Positions 19,180 through 28,763 of a stretch of DNA of 38,822 bases are shown here, piece by piece. The notes below the pieces were generated by a model that was not told the origin of the DNA, did not search any database, and was given only the letters and a program-made list of their open reading frames with translations. Made by a program: the position numbers and the translations under genes. The stretch lies in the NCBI GenBank assembly GCA_965649055.1, contig CBFGJG010000016.1, positions 1-38,822 of the forward strand, written 5' to 3'. The DNA comes from a candidate division WOR-3 bacterium. Lineage in GTDB: Bacteria > Hydrothermota > UBA3072 > B12-G15. The number at the start of each line of letters is the position of its first letter. Position 1 is the first letter of the stretch.

Positions 19180-22100
19180 TCAGAAAACAAATCTTAATTT
19201 TCCTTCACCAATCTCTCTATTCATTTCAAAAATCAATTCTTTATCAAACCTTATTCTTGTAAGGGTTTTTATTTTTATCTTATCTTCAAAAAGAATATGA
19301 AGTGGTATACTACCAGGGTATTTCTTTATAATGCTGTAAATTTTCATAACATCTTCCTCTTTCATTTCTTTGTCTAAAATTAGGAATGCCTTTCTAAGCT
19401 TTTTAGGAACCTCATCTATTTGTAATATTGTGTTACCCCTTATTGTTATCTGTTTTCCTTTCATCGATATATTACCTTTTACAACGATATTTGTTCCCTG
19501 AACAAGGATATCCGAGATTTCTTCTCCCTTGTTCTCTGATACAGTAACCCTGAAATTACCATCTATATCTTCAACAAATATCTCATAATAACTTCCATTT
19601 TCTCTTCCTTTTTTCTTTTTTGCTGAAGTTATTGTTCCGCCTGCAACAATCAGTTTCTCCAATTCGAACTCTTCAAGCATAGATACAGGGGTAATAACAG
19701 AATTAATGTAATATAAATATGATTCCATCGGGTGATTAAAAACGTAAAAACCGAATGCTTCTATTTCAAAACTTCTTAACTCATCATCTGTAGGAAATTC
19801 TATCTTTGTTTCTTTCTGGGTTTTAAATATTTCCACTCTATTGTTTTTTTCCTGTGGCCCATTTGAAGTTAATTTGAATATCAACTCTTTCCTGTTTTTA
19901 TTAAATCTATCAAAACAGCCTGCTTTAATTAAAGCTTCTACAACCTTTTTATTCACCTTGTTTCCAAGAACACGCCTTCTGAAATCATCAAAATCTTTAT
20001 ATGGTCCATTTGTTTCCCTTTCTTTAATAATAAAACTTGAAGCATTCTCTCCAACATTCTTTATTGCCCCAAGTCCAAATCTTATTGAATTATCCTCGTT
20101 CGGTATGAACTCATACAATGATTCGTTTATATCAGGTAAAAGGACATCTATATTGTGTTTTTTCGCATCGAGAATGTATCTTTTGAGTTTATCTGTGTTC
20201 TCCATATCTGATGTCATATTCGCTGCGAGAAATTCCTTTGTATAATGTGCTTTAAGGTAAGCTGTTCTGTATGTAAGCTCACCGTAAACAGTGCTGTGAG
20301 CCTTATTGAAAGCATAAGATGCAAAAGTTTCAATACTTGAAAAAATCTCCTCTAATTTTTTTGGATCAACTCCCTTATTCTTCCCTCCTTTTATAAAATC
20401 CTCTTTAAGTCCAATCATAATAGTTGGGTCCTTTTTGCCCATCGCCTTCCTCATTTCATCTGCTTTAGCCCAGGAAAAACCACATAATTCATGAGCAATG
20501 AGCATTGCCTGTTCCTGGAATATTGGATAACCATATGTTTCTTTAAGAATCTTCTCAAGTGATGGATGTGGATAATCTATATTTTCTTCTCCATTCTTCT
20601 TCCTTATAAGGGTTTGAAGATTTATGTTTTGTAAAGGACCCGGTCTTATGAGTGCTAATATTAAAACTATCTCTGAAAAAGTATTTGGTTTAAAACTTTT
20701 AAGTATATTCCTTGCACCTGGTTCTTCAAGTTGAAAAACTCCAAGTGTATCACCTTCTGCTAATAATCTGTAAACATCTCTGTCATTTTTATCAAGTTTT
20801 GACATATCTATTTTTTCCTTGATGTAATCAAGTGTTTTTCTTATAACCGTCAATGTTTTAAGCCCCAGGATATCTATCTTTACAAACCCAAGAACTTCAA
20901 GGCTATTCATATCATATTGCGTCTTAAAATCCATTCTGGAACCATTTGTTGAATCTTCTTCGGCAGCTATACATATAGGAATTAAATCTGTTATACTTTC
21001 AGGTGTTACAACAATTCCTGAAGCATGTATACTATGATGTCTTGCTACACCCTCAAGTTTTCTTGCTACTTTAAAAAGATTATTAATATCTTCCCTTGTG
21101 TTCACAAGTGTTTTCAGTTCGTTTGATAAATCAACTGCTTTATCAAGACTGTCTGTTTCTATCATCTTTGCAATTTTATCTATTTCTGTGAGTTCAAAAC
21201 CAAGAGCCCTTCCTGTATCCCTTATAGCTGCTTTTGCTTTAAGAACTGAGAAGGAGATAATTTGAGCAACTTTATCTTCTCCATATTTATTTTTTATTAT
21301 ATCAATTACCTCTCCTCTTCTTTCATCTTCAAAATCAATATCAATATCAGGCCATGTTATCCTTTCTTTATTTAAAAACCTTTCAAAAAGGAGATTGTGC
21401 TCAAGCGGATTTACTTCTGTTATACCAAGGGCGTAAACAACAAGGCTTGAAGCCGCAGAACCTCTACCAGGACCTACAAAGATTTTCTTATTTCTTGCTT
21501 CTTTAACTATCTCGTGTATTATTAAAAAGTACTCTGAATATTCTGTAGTCGCTATCGCAGAGAGTTCTTCCCTTAATCTTTTTTCAACCTCTTCAGTGAA
21601 CTCTATTTTTTTCTCCTTTAATCCCTTTCTCGCAAGATGTTCAAGGTATTCATTTGCATTTCTGAATTCATCAGGAATTGATATTTTTGGCATCTGCATT
21701 TTCTTCTTTTTTTCCAGTAAAGTTATTATTTCTACTTTTTCTGCTATATCCAAAGTATTTTTTAAAGCCTCGGGTAAATCTTTAAATAATTCCTTCATCT
21801 CCTCAGGTGATTTAAAATAAAACTCATTAGAAGGAAACCTCATCCTGTTTTTATCATTATATTGTTTATTTGTCTGTATACATAAAAGTATATCATGTGG
21901 ATATGCATCTTCCTTCAAAAGATAATGCACATCATTTGTACAGACTAAAGGGATGTTCAACCTCTTTGAGATATTGATCAGTTCTTCGTTAACTTCATCT
22001 TCTCTTTCAATGTTAAGCCTCATTATCTCAAGATAGAAATCCTCACCAAATAATTCTTTGAAATTCTCTGCATGTTTTAATGCAATATCTTTTTTACCTT

Positions 22101-22536
22101 TCAAAATATCCTGACTTATAATCCCATTAATACAGGCACTTAATACAATCAATCCTTTAGAATTTTTAACAAGTGTATTCCAGTCAAATCTTGGTTTTCT
22201 GTAAAATCCTTTTATATATGAAAGTGAAGATATCTTAACAAGATTTTTGTAACCTTCTTCATTCTTTGCAAGCAGGACTATATGTGCAGGCTCATCATCC
22301 TTTTCCTTTTTCTCCATATCATCATATACGAAATACCCTTCAATTCCTAAGATAGGCTTTTGATGTTTTGATAGAGCAAGATTGTAAAATTCAATTGCAC
22401 CAAATAGTCCTCCATGGTCTGTTATAGCTATCGCTGGCATTTTAAATTCTAATGCCTTATTTACAAGTTCTTCTAACTTAATTGTTCCATCAAGAAAAGA
22501 ATACTGTGTGTGATTGTGGAGATGAACAAAACTCAT
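19180..22536 (-). CDS. dnaE: DNA polymerase III alpha subunit
   Basis: PHP domain HLHNHTQYSFLDG, GPGRGSAASS, PDIDIDF, KIDILGL, YAFNKAHS. Confidence 0.98.
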   Translation of the reverse strand: MSFVHLHNHTQYSFLDGTIKLEELVNKALEFKMPAIAITDHGGLFGAIEFYNLALSKHQKPILGIEGYFVYDDMEKKEKDDEPAHIVLLAKNEEGYKNLVKISSLSYIKGFYRKPRFDWNTLVKNSKGLIVLSACINGIISQDILKGKKDIALKHAENFKELFGEDFYLEIMRLNIEREDEVNEELINISKRLNIPLVCTNDVHYLLKEDAYPHDILLCIQTNKQYNDKNRMRFPSNEFYFKSPEEMKELFKDLPEALKNTLDIAEKVEIITLLEKKKKMQMPKISIPDEFRNANEYLEHLARKGLKEKKIEFTEEVEKRLREELSAIATTEYSEYFLIIHEIVKEARNKKIFVGPGRGSAASSLVVYALGITEVNPLEHNLLFERFLNKERITWPDIDIDFEDERRGEVIDIIKNKYGEDKVAQIISFSVLKAKAAIRDTGRALGFELTEIDKIAKMIETDSLDKAVDLSNELKTLVNTREDINNLFKVARKLEGVARHHSIHASGIVVTPESITDLIPICIAAEEDSTNGSRMDFKTQYDMNSLEVLGFVKIDILGLKTLTVIRKTLDYIKEKIDMSKLDKNDRDVYRLLAEGDTLGVFQLEEPGARNILKSFKPNTFSEIVLILALIRPGPLQNINLQTLIRKKNGEENIDYPHPSLEKILKETYGYPIFQEQAMLIAHELCGFSWAKADEMRKAMGKKDPTIMIGLKEDFIKGGKNKGVDPKKLEEIFSSIETFASYAFNKAHSTVYGELTYRTAYLKAHYTKEFLAANMTSDMENTDKLKRYILDAKKHNIDVLLPDINESLYEFIPNEDNSIRFGLGAIKNVGENASSFIIKERETNGPYKDFDDFRRRVLGNKVNKKVVEALIKAGCFDRFNKNRKELIFKLTSNGPQEKNNRVEIFKTQKETKIEFPTDDELRSFEIEAFGFYVFNHPMESYLYYINSVITPVSMLEEFELEKLIVAGGTITSAKKKKGRENGSYYEIFVEDIDGNFRVTVSENKGEEISDILVQGTNIVVKGNISMKGKQITIRGNTILQIDEVPKKLRKAFLILDKEMKEEDVMKIYSIIKKYPGSIPLHILFEDKIKIKTLTRIRFDKELIFEMNREIGEGKLRFVF

Positions 22537-23255
22537 ATTTTCTTAATACATACCTTGTAAATTCTCTGTTCAGAAGACTTCAAAACATTTATAAGTAGAT
22601 TTCCTATTTTTATATTCTCATTGTTTTTTGGAATCCTCTTAAGCCTTTTCATTATCAATCCTCCTATTGTTCTTACATCTTTCTCGTTAAATTTTATATT
22701 ATAATACTCTTCTATCTTTGATAATTCAAGGTTTCCACTCACTATTATTTTATCATCTTTTATTTCTATATTCTGGTCTATATCAAATTCATCCTGCAAT
22801 TCTCCTACTATCTCTTCTATCAAATCTTCAGTCGTAACAAGACCTTCTACTCCTCCGAACTCGTCTACAACTATTGCTATTGATATCTTCATCCTCTGAA
22901 ACTCTCTTAATGTTGAAAGAACAGGTTTAGTATAAGGTATAAAATAAGGAAGTTTCATGATGTTGCATGCAAAGATTTCTTCTTTTAACTTTCTTATCTT
23001 TAGAATCTCTTTTATAAAAACTATTCCTACGATGTTATCGATCTCTTCATAATATACCGGGAATTTACTGTAAGGTTTTTCTGAAAAGATATCAAGAATC
23101 TGTTCTATAGTTGACTCTGCGGAAACAGCTGTTATTTCAACCCTTGGTATCATAATTTCACTCACAGGCATCATACCTATTTCTGTTATACTTGTTATTA
23201 TTTTTTCTTCTTCCAGTGATAATTTTTTCTTTTTCGTGTTTAAAAACTTCAACAT
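22533..23255 (-). CDS. CorC/HlyC family CBS-pair protein lacking the DUF21 TM domain
   Basis: IMIPR, SKFPVY, VVDEFGGVEGLVTTEDLIEEIVGELQDEFD, C-terminal TIGG (CorC_HlyC). Confidence 0.88.
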   Translation of the reverse strand: MLKFLNTKKKKLSLEEEKIITSITEIGMMPVSEIMIPRVEITAVSAESTIEQILDIFSEKPYSKFPVYYEEIDNIVGIVFIKEILKIRKLKEEIFACNIMKLPYFIPYTKPVLSTLREFQRMKISIAIVVDEFGGVEGLVTTEDLIEEIVGELQDEFDIDQNIEIKDDKIIVSGNLELSKIEEYYNIKFNEKDVRTIGGLIMKRLKRIPKNNENIKIGNLLINVLKSSEQRIYKVCIKKI

Positions 23256-23851
23256 TATTTTTTAAAATCTAAATTGATAACACCCGCTGATAAAATTACT
23301 TTAAAACCTTCTTCTATACTAAGATCTGTCTCTATTGTATCTTTTTTCTTCACGAGTAGATAAAATCCAGAAGTAGGATTTGGAACAGTGGGAACAAAAA
23401 CATTTATGTATTCTTCTCCATTTATAATTAAAGATTGTTCACTTGTCATAAAACCTACTGCAAAACTCCCGTCTCTTGGATATGGAATTATTATGACTTT
23501 TCTGAATGCACTTTTATCAATGAATATTGTATTTATCATCTTTTGAACTGCACTGTATACACTCTTAAAAAGAGGAAGTCTGTTCAAGGAACTATTGAAT
23601 AATCCCAGTAGAAATTTCCCAATATAACCAGAAGTTATCATACCAATAATGTATATAATGAAAAAAATTATTATAAAACCTATAATTGAATGAACAAATG
23701 AAGGAAGAACAGAAAAGAATTTTATATATTGAAGATATCTTCCTAATAGTCCGCCTATTTTATTTATTAGAAAAAAAATAATAAAAAATGTTACTGTTAT
23801 CGGCAATACAGCTACAAGCCCTGTAATAAAATTTTTCCTAAAATTTCTCAT
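23255..23851 (-). CDS. DUF502 domain membrane protein
   Basis: FITGLVAVLPITVT, YPRDG, VFVPTVPNPTSGF, ILSAG. Confidence 0.88.
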   Translation of the reverse strand: MRNFRKNFITGLVAVLPITVTFFIIFFLINKIGGLLGRYLQYIKFFSVLPSFVHSIIGFIIIFFIIYIIGMITSGYIGKFLLGLFNSSLNRLPLFKSVYSAVQKMINTIFIDKSAFRKVIIIPYPRDGSFAVGFMTSEQSLIINGEEYINVFVPTVPNPTSGFYLLVKKKDTIETDLSIEEGFKVILSAGVINLDFKK

Positions 23852-23857
23852 AAAGGA

Positions 23858-23885
23858 ATTTTAATTTTTTATTTTTTTATGTCAA
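23858..23885 (-). promoter_or_regulatory. Promoter of DUF502-corC-dnaE (predicted leaderless)
   Basis: Minus strand TTGACA-N16-TAAAAT-N6-ATG(23851). Confidence 0.72.
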
Positions 23886-23941
23886 TATATTTTATTTCTT
23901 GACTTTTAAAAATTTTTTTTAAAAATAAAAAAGGAGATTCT

Positions 23942-24709
23942 ATGAGCATAAGTCCTATATACTTATTAAGTGGTTTAGGGATGATTATTGTAAACCTTAT
24001 ATTTATTATTTACTGGTATCTCTCAAAGAAAATTATTTTCAATCTTTTCTTATGGGGTGCTCTTGCGTGGATAGTTTCGGTAGCACTGAAGGCACTTGGT
24101 TCTTATTTCATCACAAATAAACTCATTGTTTTTTCAAGGCTTCATTTACCAAGATTTTTATCCGAACCTATTATCTGGATATATGTTGGGATTATGACAG
24201 GAATATTTGAATGCGGTATTACACTTGCCTTCTGTTTCATAAAGAAGATTAAAGAAACCGATTTTAATGGTTCAGTGGGCTTTGGTATTGGTTTCGGTGG
24301 GATTGAATCGTTTATTATCGGTATGATTTCTTTTATATCCATTTCTTTAATCCTATTAATACCGGATAGACTCCCACAAGAGATTCTTGATAAGATATCT
24401 TCATCTTTATATTCTCCTGTGTTAATACCTGCAACAATAATTGAAAGGTTTTCTGCTTTATTCATACATATTTTCTCTTGTGTCCTGATTATCCTTTCTG
24501 TAAAAAGAAAAAGGTTGGGTTGGTTCTGGTTGTCATTTATCTATAAAAGCATTGTAGATGGATTTGCAGGTTATTTAATATTCACAAAAGGTAAAGAATC
24601 TCTTTCTGTTGTTTCACAAAGTTATATTGTTGAATTATATTTTTTCCTACTTGCTTTAGTAGGCATATTTGGATTAATAAAGATAAAAAAATTTTTTTAT
24701 AAAGAATAA
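23942..24709 (+). CDS. YhfC/PrsW-like glutamic-type intramembrane protease
   Basis: GIFE, FGIGFGGIES, IERFSALFIH motifs; multi-TM; SD AAGGAG. Confidence 0.75.
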   Translation: MSISPIYLLSGLGMIIVNLIFIIYWYLSKKIIFNLFLWGALAWIVSVALKALGSYFITNKLIVFSRLHLPRFLSEPIIWIYVGIMTGIFECGITLAFCFIKKIKETDFNGSVGFGIGFGGIESFIIGMISFISISLILLIPDRLPQEILDKISSSLYSPVLIPATIIERFSALFIHIFSCVLIILSVKRKRLGWFWLSFIYKSIVDGFAGYLIFTKGKESLSVVSQSYIVELYFFLLALVGIFGLIKIKKFFYKE

Positions 24710-24715
24710 ATTTTA

Positions 24716-24743
24716 TTGACAAAAGATTTATTTAAAATATGAT
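24716..24743 (+). promoter_or_regulatory. dnaA promoter
   Basis: TTGACA(24716-24721)-N16-TATGAT(24738-24743). Confidence 0.7.
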
Positions 24744-24750
24744 TCTTAAA

Positions 24751-24844
24751 TGTGTATAATTTTTTTAGATGTTTTTAATATTTTGAAAAATAATGAGATA
24801 TTGTGGATAATTTTGTGGAAAAAATGTGGATAAATGGTGGATAA
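24751..24844. promoter_or_regulatory. DnaA-box cluster upstream of dnaA (upstream oriC part / autoregulation)
   Basis: TGTGTATAA 24751, TGTGGATAA 24802, TGTGGAAAA 24814, TGTGGATAA 24825, GGTGGATAA 24836, all in the same orientation. Confidence 0.88.
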
Positions 24845-24845
24845 T

Positions 24846-26159
24846 ATGGAAGAATGGAATAAGGTTCTGGATTTAATAAAAGAAAATGTAGGTGAAGGTG
24901 CCTTCAAAGCATGGTTTGAAGATATTGTATTCATCAGTTTTGAGGATAATACCGTGTATCTTGAGATATCTGATGAATTCAGATTAAGCTGGGTTCTTGA
25001 ACATTATTCCAAGATTTTAACGGAAACAATATCTGGTGTTTTTGGTAAAGACTGCGATCTAAAATTTCTTGTGAAGAAGAAGGTGGAAGAAGATAAAAAT
25101 GATATTATTTATGTAAAGAAAGAAGAGAACTTTCAGACAAATCTTATTGATAGATATACTTTTGATTCTTTTGTAGTAGGAAAATGTAACGAATTTGCCT
25201 ATTCTGCTTCTCTTGCTGTATCAAGGGCACCTGGGAGGACATACAATCCTTTGTTTCTTTATGGTGGTGTTGGTTTAGGAAAAACCCATCTTATGAATGC
25301 AATAGGAAATTTTATACATAATACTTTTTCAAATCTAAAAATACTTTATATACCGACTGAAGTTTTTTTAAATGAGATGATACAGGCTCTGCAGAATAAC
25401 AGGATGATGGATTTTAAAAACAAATTCAGAAACCTTGATGTTCTTCTTATTGATGATATACACTTTCTCTCAAACAAGGAAAGCTTACAGGAAGAATTCT
25501 TCCATACATTCAACACGCTTTATAATGAAAAAAAACAGATTGTAATAACATCGGATAGACCACCAAGGGAACTCGTTTCATTACAGGAAAGGATTGTTTC
25601 AAGGTTTATGTGGGGTTTAATTGTAGATTTACAGCCACCTGATTTTGAAACAAGACTTGCAATACTCAGGAAGAAATCAGAGGAAGATGGAATCCAGCTT
25701 AGTGAAGAATTATTAAGTTTTCTTGCTACAAATATAAGGTCTAATATAAGGGCACTTGAAGGTGCAATAATCAAACTCCTCTACTGGTCATCCATAACAA
25801 AAAATGAGATAACACTTGATGTTGCAAGGGAAGTCCTAAAAGATATAATAATTCCAATGAAGAGTGAACTTACAGCTGATGATATTATAAAAACTGTGTG
25901 TAATTTCTTTAATGTTTCCATATCTGATATAATAGGAAAAAGCAGGATGAAGAATGTTGTCCTCCCAAGACAGATTTCTATTTATCTTATGAGAAATCTG
26001 ACAAGATTATCCTTAAAAGAGATTGGAAAATTATTCATGAAGGACCATACAACCATCATTCATTCCATTGAAAAGGTCCAGGATTTGAAGAAGGATAAGA
26101 AAATAAAAGAAATAATAGATAGGATAACCAGTGAATTGGAAGGTGGAAAAAGTGTTTAA
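24846..26159 (+). CDS. dnaA: Chromosomal replication initiator DnaA
   Basis: YTFDSFVVG, YNPLFLYGGVGLGKTHL, LLIDDI, QEEFFHTFN, KDHTTIIHS. ATG 24846 preferred (GGTGG upstream); alternative 24834. Confidence 0.98.
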   Translation: MEEWNKVLDLIKENVGEGAFKAWFEDIVFISFEDNTVYLEISDEFRLSWVLEHYSKILTETISGVFGKDCDLKFLVKKKVEEDKNDIIYVKKEENFQTNLIDRYTFDSFVVGKCNEFAYSASLAVSRAPGRTYNPLFLYGGVGLGKTHLMNAIGNFIHNTFSNLKILYIPTEVFLNEMIQALQNNRMMDFKNKFRNLDVLLIDDIHFLSNKESLQEEFFHTFNTLYNEKKQIVITSDRPPRELVSLQERIVSRFMWGLIVDLQPPDFETRLAILRKKSEEDGIQLSEELLSFLATNIRSNIRALEGAIIKLLYWSSITKNEITLDVAREVLKDIIIPMKSELTADDIIKTVCNFFNVSISDIIGKSRMKNVVLPRQISIYLMRNLTRLSLKEIGKLFMKDHTTIIHSIEKVQDLKKDKKIKEIIDRITSELEGGKSV

Positions 26160-26300
26160 AAATGCTTCTTTTAAAATTTTCCAACATCAATGTGGAAAAA
26201 TTTTTTTTATATTTATCTTAAAATTATGAAATTATGAAACTTTTCAACTTTTCCACATTGACATCTACTACTGATTTATCTATAATCTTTAATAGTAAAA
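26160..26300. other. oriC: Replication origin oriC (dnaA-dnaN intergenic unwinding region)
   Basis: DnaA boxes TGTGGAAAA 26191, TTTTCAACT 26241, TTTTCCACA 26249, followed by trio-like CTACTACTG (26265-26273) in AT-rich DNA; parS sites nearby. Confidence 0.85.
26258..26286 (+). promoter_or_regulatory. Perfect-consensus sigma70 promoter upstream of dnaN
   Basis: TTGACA(26258-26263)-N17-TATAAT(26281-26286). Confidence 0.7.
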
Positions 26301-26315
26301 AAAATGGAGGAATAT

Positions 26316-27398
26316 ATGAGATTTACAATTAATTCAAAGGAATTTCTGGAGTCTATAAATCCAGTTTTAGACACATTACCCACACATGCAACTTTCCCTG
26401 TCCTCACAAATTTTTTGTTAATAACCGAGAAGGACAGGATAATAGTTTTTGGGACCGATATCGACAATTCAATAAAAGCAAGCTTCCAGGGAAAAGTTGA
26501 AGAATATGGTGCATGTGCTGTTTCAGGTAAGTTGATTAGAAACCTTTTAAAAGAGATTAATGATGATGTTATTTTTGAAAAGAAGGAGAATAAGATCATA
26601 ATAAGGCATAAGAAAGGAAATTTTTCACTCGGTATAATTGAAAGAGAAGAATATCCTGAGGTTATTGGAAAACTTCCCGAAAATATGACTGAGTTTAATA
26701 TAAGTGATATAAGGGAATCCATTGAAAAAACAATCTTCTGTCTTTCATCAGAACAGACAAGGAAAATTTATATGGGTCTTTACTGGGAATATAAGAACGG
26801 AAAACTGAATATGGTTGGGACAGATGGATACAGGCTTGGTGTATATTCAAATAAGATAGATTTGAATATGAACGAATTCGGGGTTATTATACCTCCAAAG
26901 ATACTATATCAGGTTTTATCACTCGGTAAAGATACTGTGAAATTTGGTCTTGAGAAAAACAAGGTTTATTTTGTATGTGGTAATTATATACTTACATCAA
27001 GATTAATAGAAGAAGAGTTTCCTGAATATGAAAAGGCAATACCATACGATAATAAAAATGTTCTTAAAGTGGAGAAAGAAGAGATACTCTCAGTCTTAAG
27101 AAGGGTAAGTGTGATTGCATCTGATAAACCAAAGACAGTTAATTTTTCTTTTAACAAAGAAATAAAAGTTGAAGTTAATTCTGAACTGGGTTCGGGTAGT
27201 GAGACATTATCGGGTGAATATGAAGGTGATAAATTAAAAATCTCATTGAGTTCCAATAACTTAATAGAATTTATAAGAAGGATTGATAGTAATATAGTTG
27301 AGATTTATTTTGGTGATTCTGATAGACCTATAATGATAAAAGACCCTGCAAATGAAAAAGTGTTATTTATAACAACACCAATCCTTATGAAAGAATGA
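26316..27398 (+). CDS. dnaN: DNA polymerase III beta sliding clamp
   Basis: Follows dnaA; PVLTNFL, VGTDGYRL, SRLIEEEFPEY. GGAGG before ATG 26316 (alternative 26304). Confidence 0.95.
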   Translation: MRFTINSKEFLESINPVLDTLPTHATFPVLTNFLLITEKDRIIVFGTDIDNSIKASFQGKVEEYGACAVSGKLIRNLLKEINDDVIFEKKENKIIIRHKKGNFSLGIIEREEYPEVIGKLPENMTEFNISDIRESIEKTIFCLSSEQTRKIYMGLYWEYKNGKLNMVGTDGYRLGVYSNKIDLNMNEFGVIIPPKILYQVLSLGKDTVKFGLEKNKVYFVCGNYILTSRLIEEEFPEYEKAIPYDNKNVLKVEKEEILSVLRRVSVIASDKPKTVNFSFNKEIKVEVNSELGSGSETLSGEYEGDKLKISLSSNNLIEFIRRIDSNIVEIYFGDSDRPIMIKDPANEKVLFITTPILMKE

Positions 27399-27404
27399 GG
27401 TATT

Positions 27405-28763
27405 ATGGATTTTAAGAAAATTTTAAGTAAAATAGAAGCTGATTATGCTGATCTCAGGTATGAAATAATGAAAGAGACAGTTATTAATTTTAACAGAAAA
27501 GAGCTTGTTCAGGTCTCTTCAAATTCAACAGATGGTTATGTTTTAAGGGTTTTAAAAAATGGTGGTCTTGCGTCAATTTCATTCACAAAATTAGAAGACC
27601 TTGAAAGGGTTATAAAGACAGTCCTTGATAATGTTCAGATAATTGCAAAGAAAGAGAAAAAAAAGGTGAGATTAGAAAAAACATCAATAATAAAAGATAG
27701 ATTTATACCGGAATTGAAAGAAGACCCAAGGAAGGTTACAATAGATGAAAAATTAGAACTTACAAGAAGATACAATGATATTGTATTAAGCTCTGATAAG
27801 ATAGTGAATTCAAACCTGAAATATACTGAAACTATAAGGGAAAAAACCTTTTTAAGCACAGAAGGGGCAGAAATATTTGAGGAGCTTGTAACTTTAAGTA
27901 TTTCAGGATTAGTAACATCAAGAGAGGGAAATGTAATTCAGAATGTTAGGGTTGGAATTGGTGGTAGCGATGGTTTCAATAGATTGAGAAATAGGGAAGA
28001 GGTATTCGAAAATAAGAAAAAGATAGTTCTTGAATTGCTTAAAGCAGAGCCTGTAAAAGCAGGGACTTATAATGTGATTTTAAATAATAGTATCGCAGGT
28101 GTCTTTACACATGAGGCATTCGGTCATTTCTCAGAGGCAGATATAATTGAGAATCATCCGACATTAAGGGAAAAAATGAAGATAGGTGAGAAACTTGGTA
28201 ATGAGATTGTGAATATTGTAGATGATCCTACAATACCGAATCAGCTTGGATACTATAAATATGATGATGAAGGGGTTAAAGCTGAAAGGGTTCAGTTGAT
28301 GAAGAATGGTATACTAACTGGTAGACTACATTCAAGGAGAACCGCAGCTGAATTTGGAGAGAAACCAAATGGTCATTGTGTAGCAGAAGATTATAATTAT
28401 GCACCTATAATTAGAATGGGAACAATATTTATTGAACCTGGTAATATGAAGAAAGATGAATTGTTTGAATTGCTAAAAGACGGTCTATATATATGTGATG
28501 CAAAAGGTGGTCAGACAGCAGGTGAGAACTTCTCTTTCGGTGCTCAATATGGATATTTTATAAAAAATGGGAAGATAGACAGAATGATAAGGGATATAAA
28601 TATTGTTGGAAACCTATTCAATACACTGAAAAATATAAAATATATTGCAGATGATTTAAAACTTGGTGAGACTGGTGGATGTGGAAAAGGACAGACTAAT
28701 ATACGTTCTTGCCATGGTGCACCTCACATTCTCATTGAAGGTGTAGTTATAGGAGGAAGATAA
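27405..28763 (+). CDS. tldD: TldD family metalloprotease
   Basis: HEAFGH metal motif, YDDEG, C-terminal GGCGKGQ...PH. Confidence 0.9.
   Translation: MDFKKILSKIEADYADLRYEIMKETVINFNRKELVQVSSNSTDGYVLRVLKNGGLASISFTKLEDLERVIKTVLDNVQIIAKKEKKKVRLEKTSIIKDRFIPELKEDPRKVTIDEKLELTRRYNDIVLSSDKIVNSNLKYTETIREKTFLSTEGAEIFEELVTLSISGLVTSREGNVIQNVRVGIGGSDGFNRLRNREEVFENKKKIVLELLKAEPVKAGTYNVILNNSIAGVFTHEAFGHFSEADIIENHPTLREKMKIGEKLGNEIVNIVDDPTIPNQLGYYKYDDEGVKAERVQLMKNGILTGRLHSRRTAAEFGEKPNGHCVAEDYNYAPIIRMGTIFIEPGNMKKDELFELLKDGLYICDAKGGQTAGENFSFGAQYGYFIKNGKIDRMIRDINIVGNLFNTLKNIKYIADDLKLGETGGCGKGQTNIRSCHGAPHILIEGVVIGGR

Noticed and set aside
19180..22536. Intein in DnaE
   Set aside because: Normal length, contiguous motifs, no intein termini seen.
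24801..24844. Short repeats as a CRISPR or tandem array
   Set aside because: They are 9-mers matching DnaA boxes; no spacers or cas genes anywhere in the window.
24710..24934. Possible rpmH divergent from dnaA (62-aa ORF)
   Set aside because: No Arg/Lys-rich MKRT-type sequence; the ORF overlaps dnaA antisense.
26276..26722. 148-aa minus-strand ORF
   Set aside because: Antisense shadow of dnaN.
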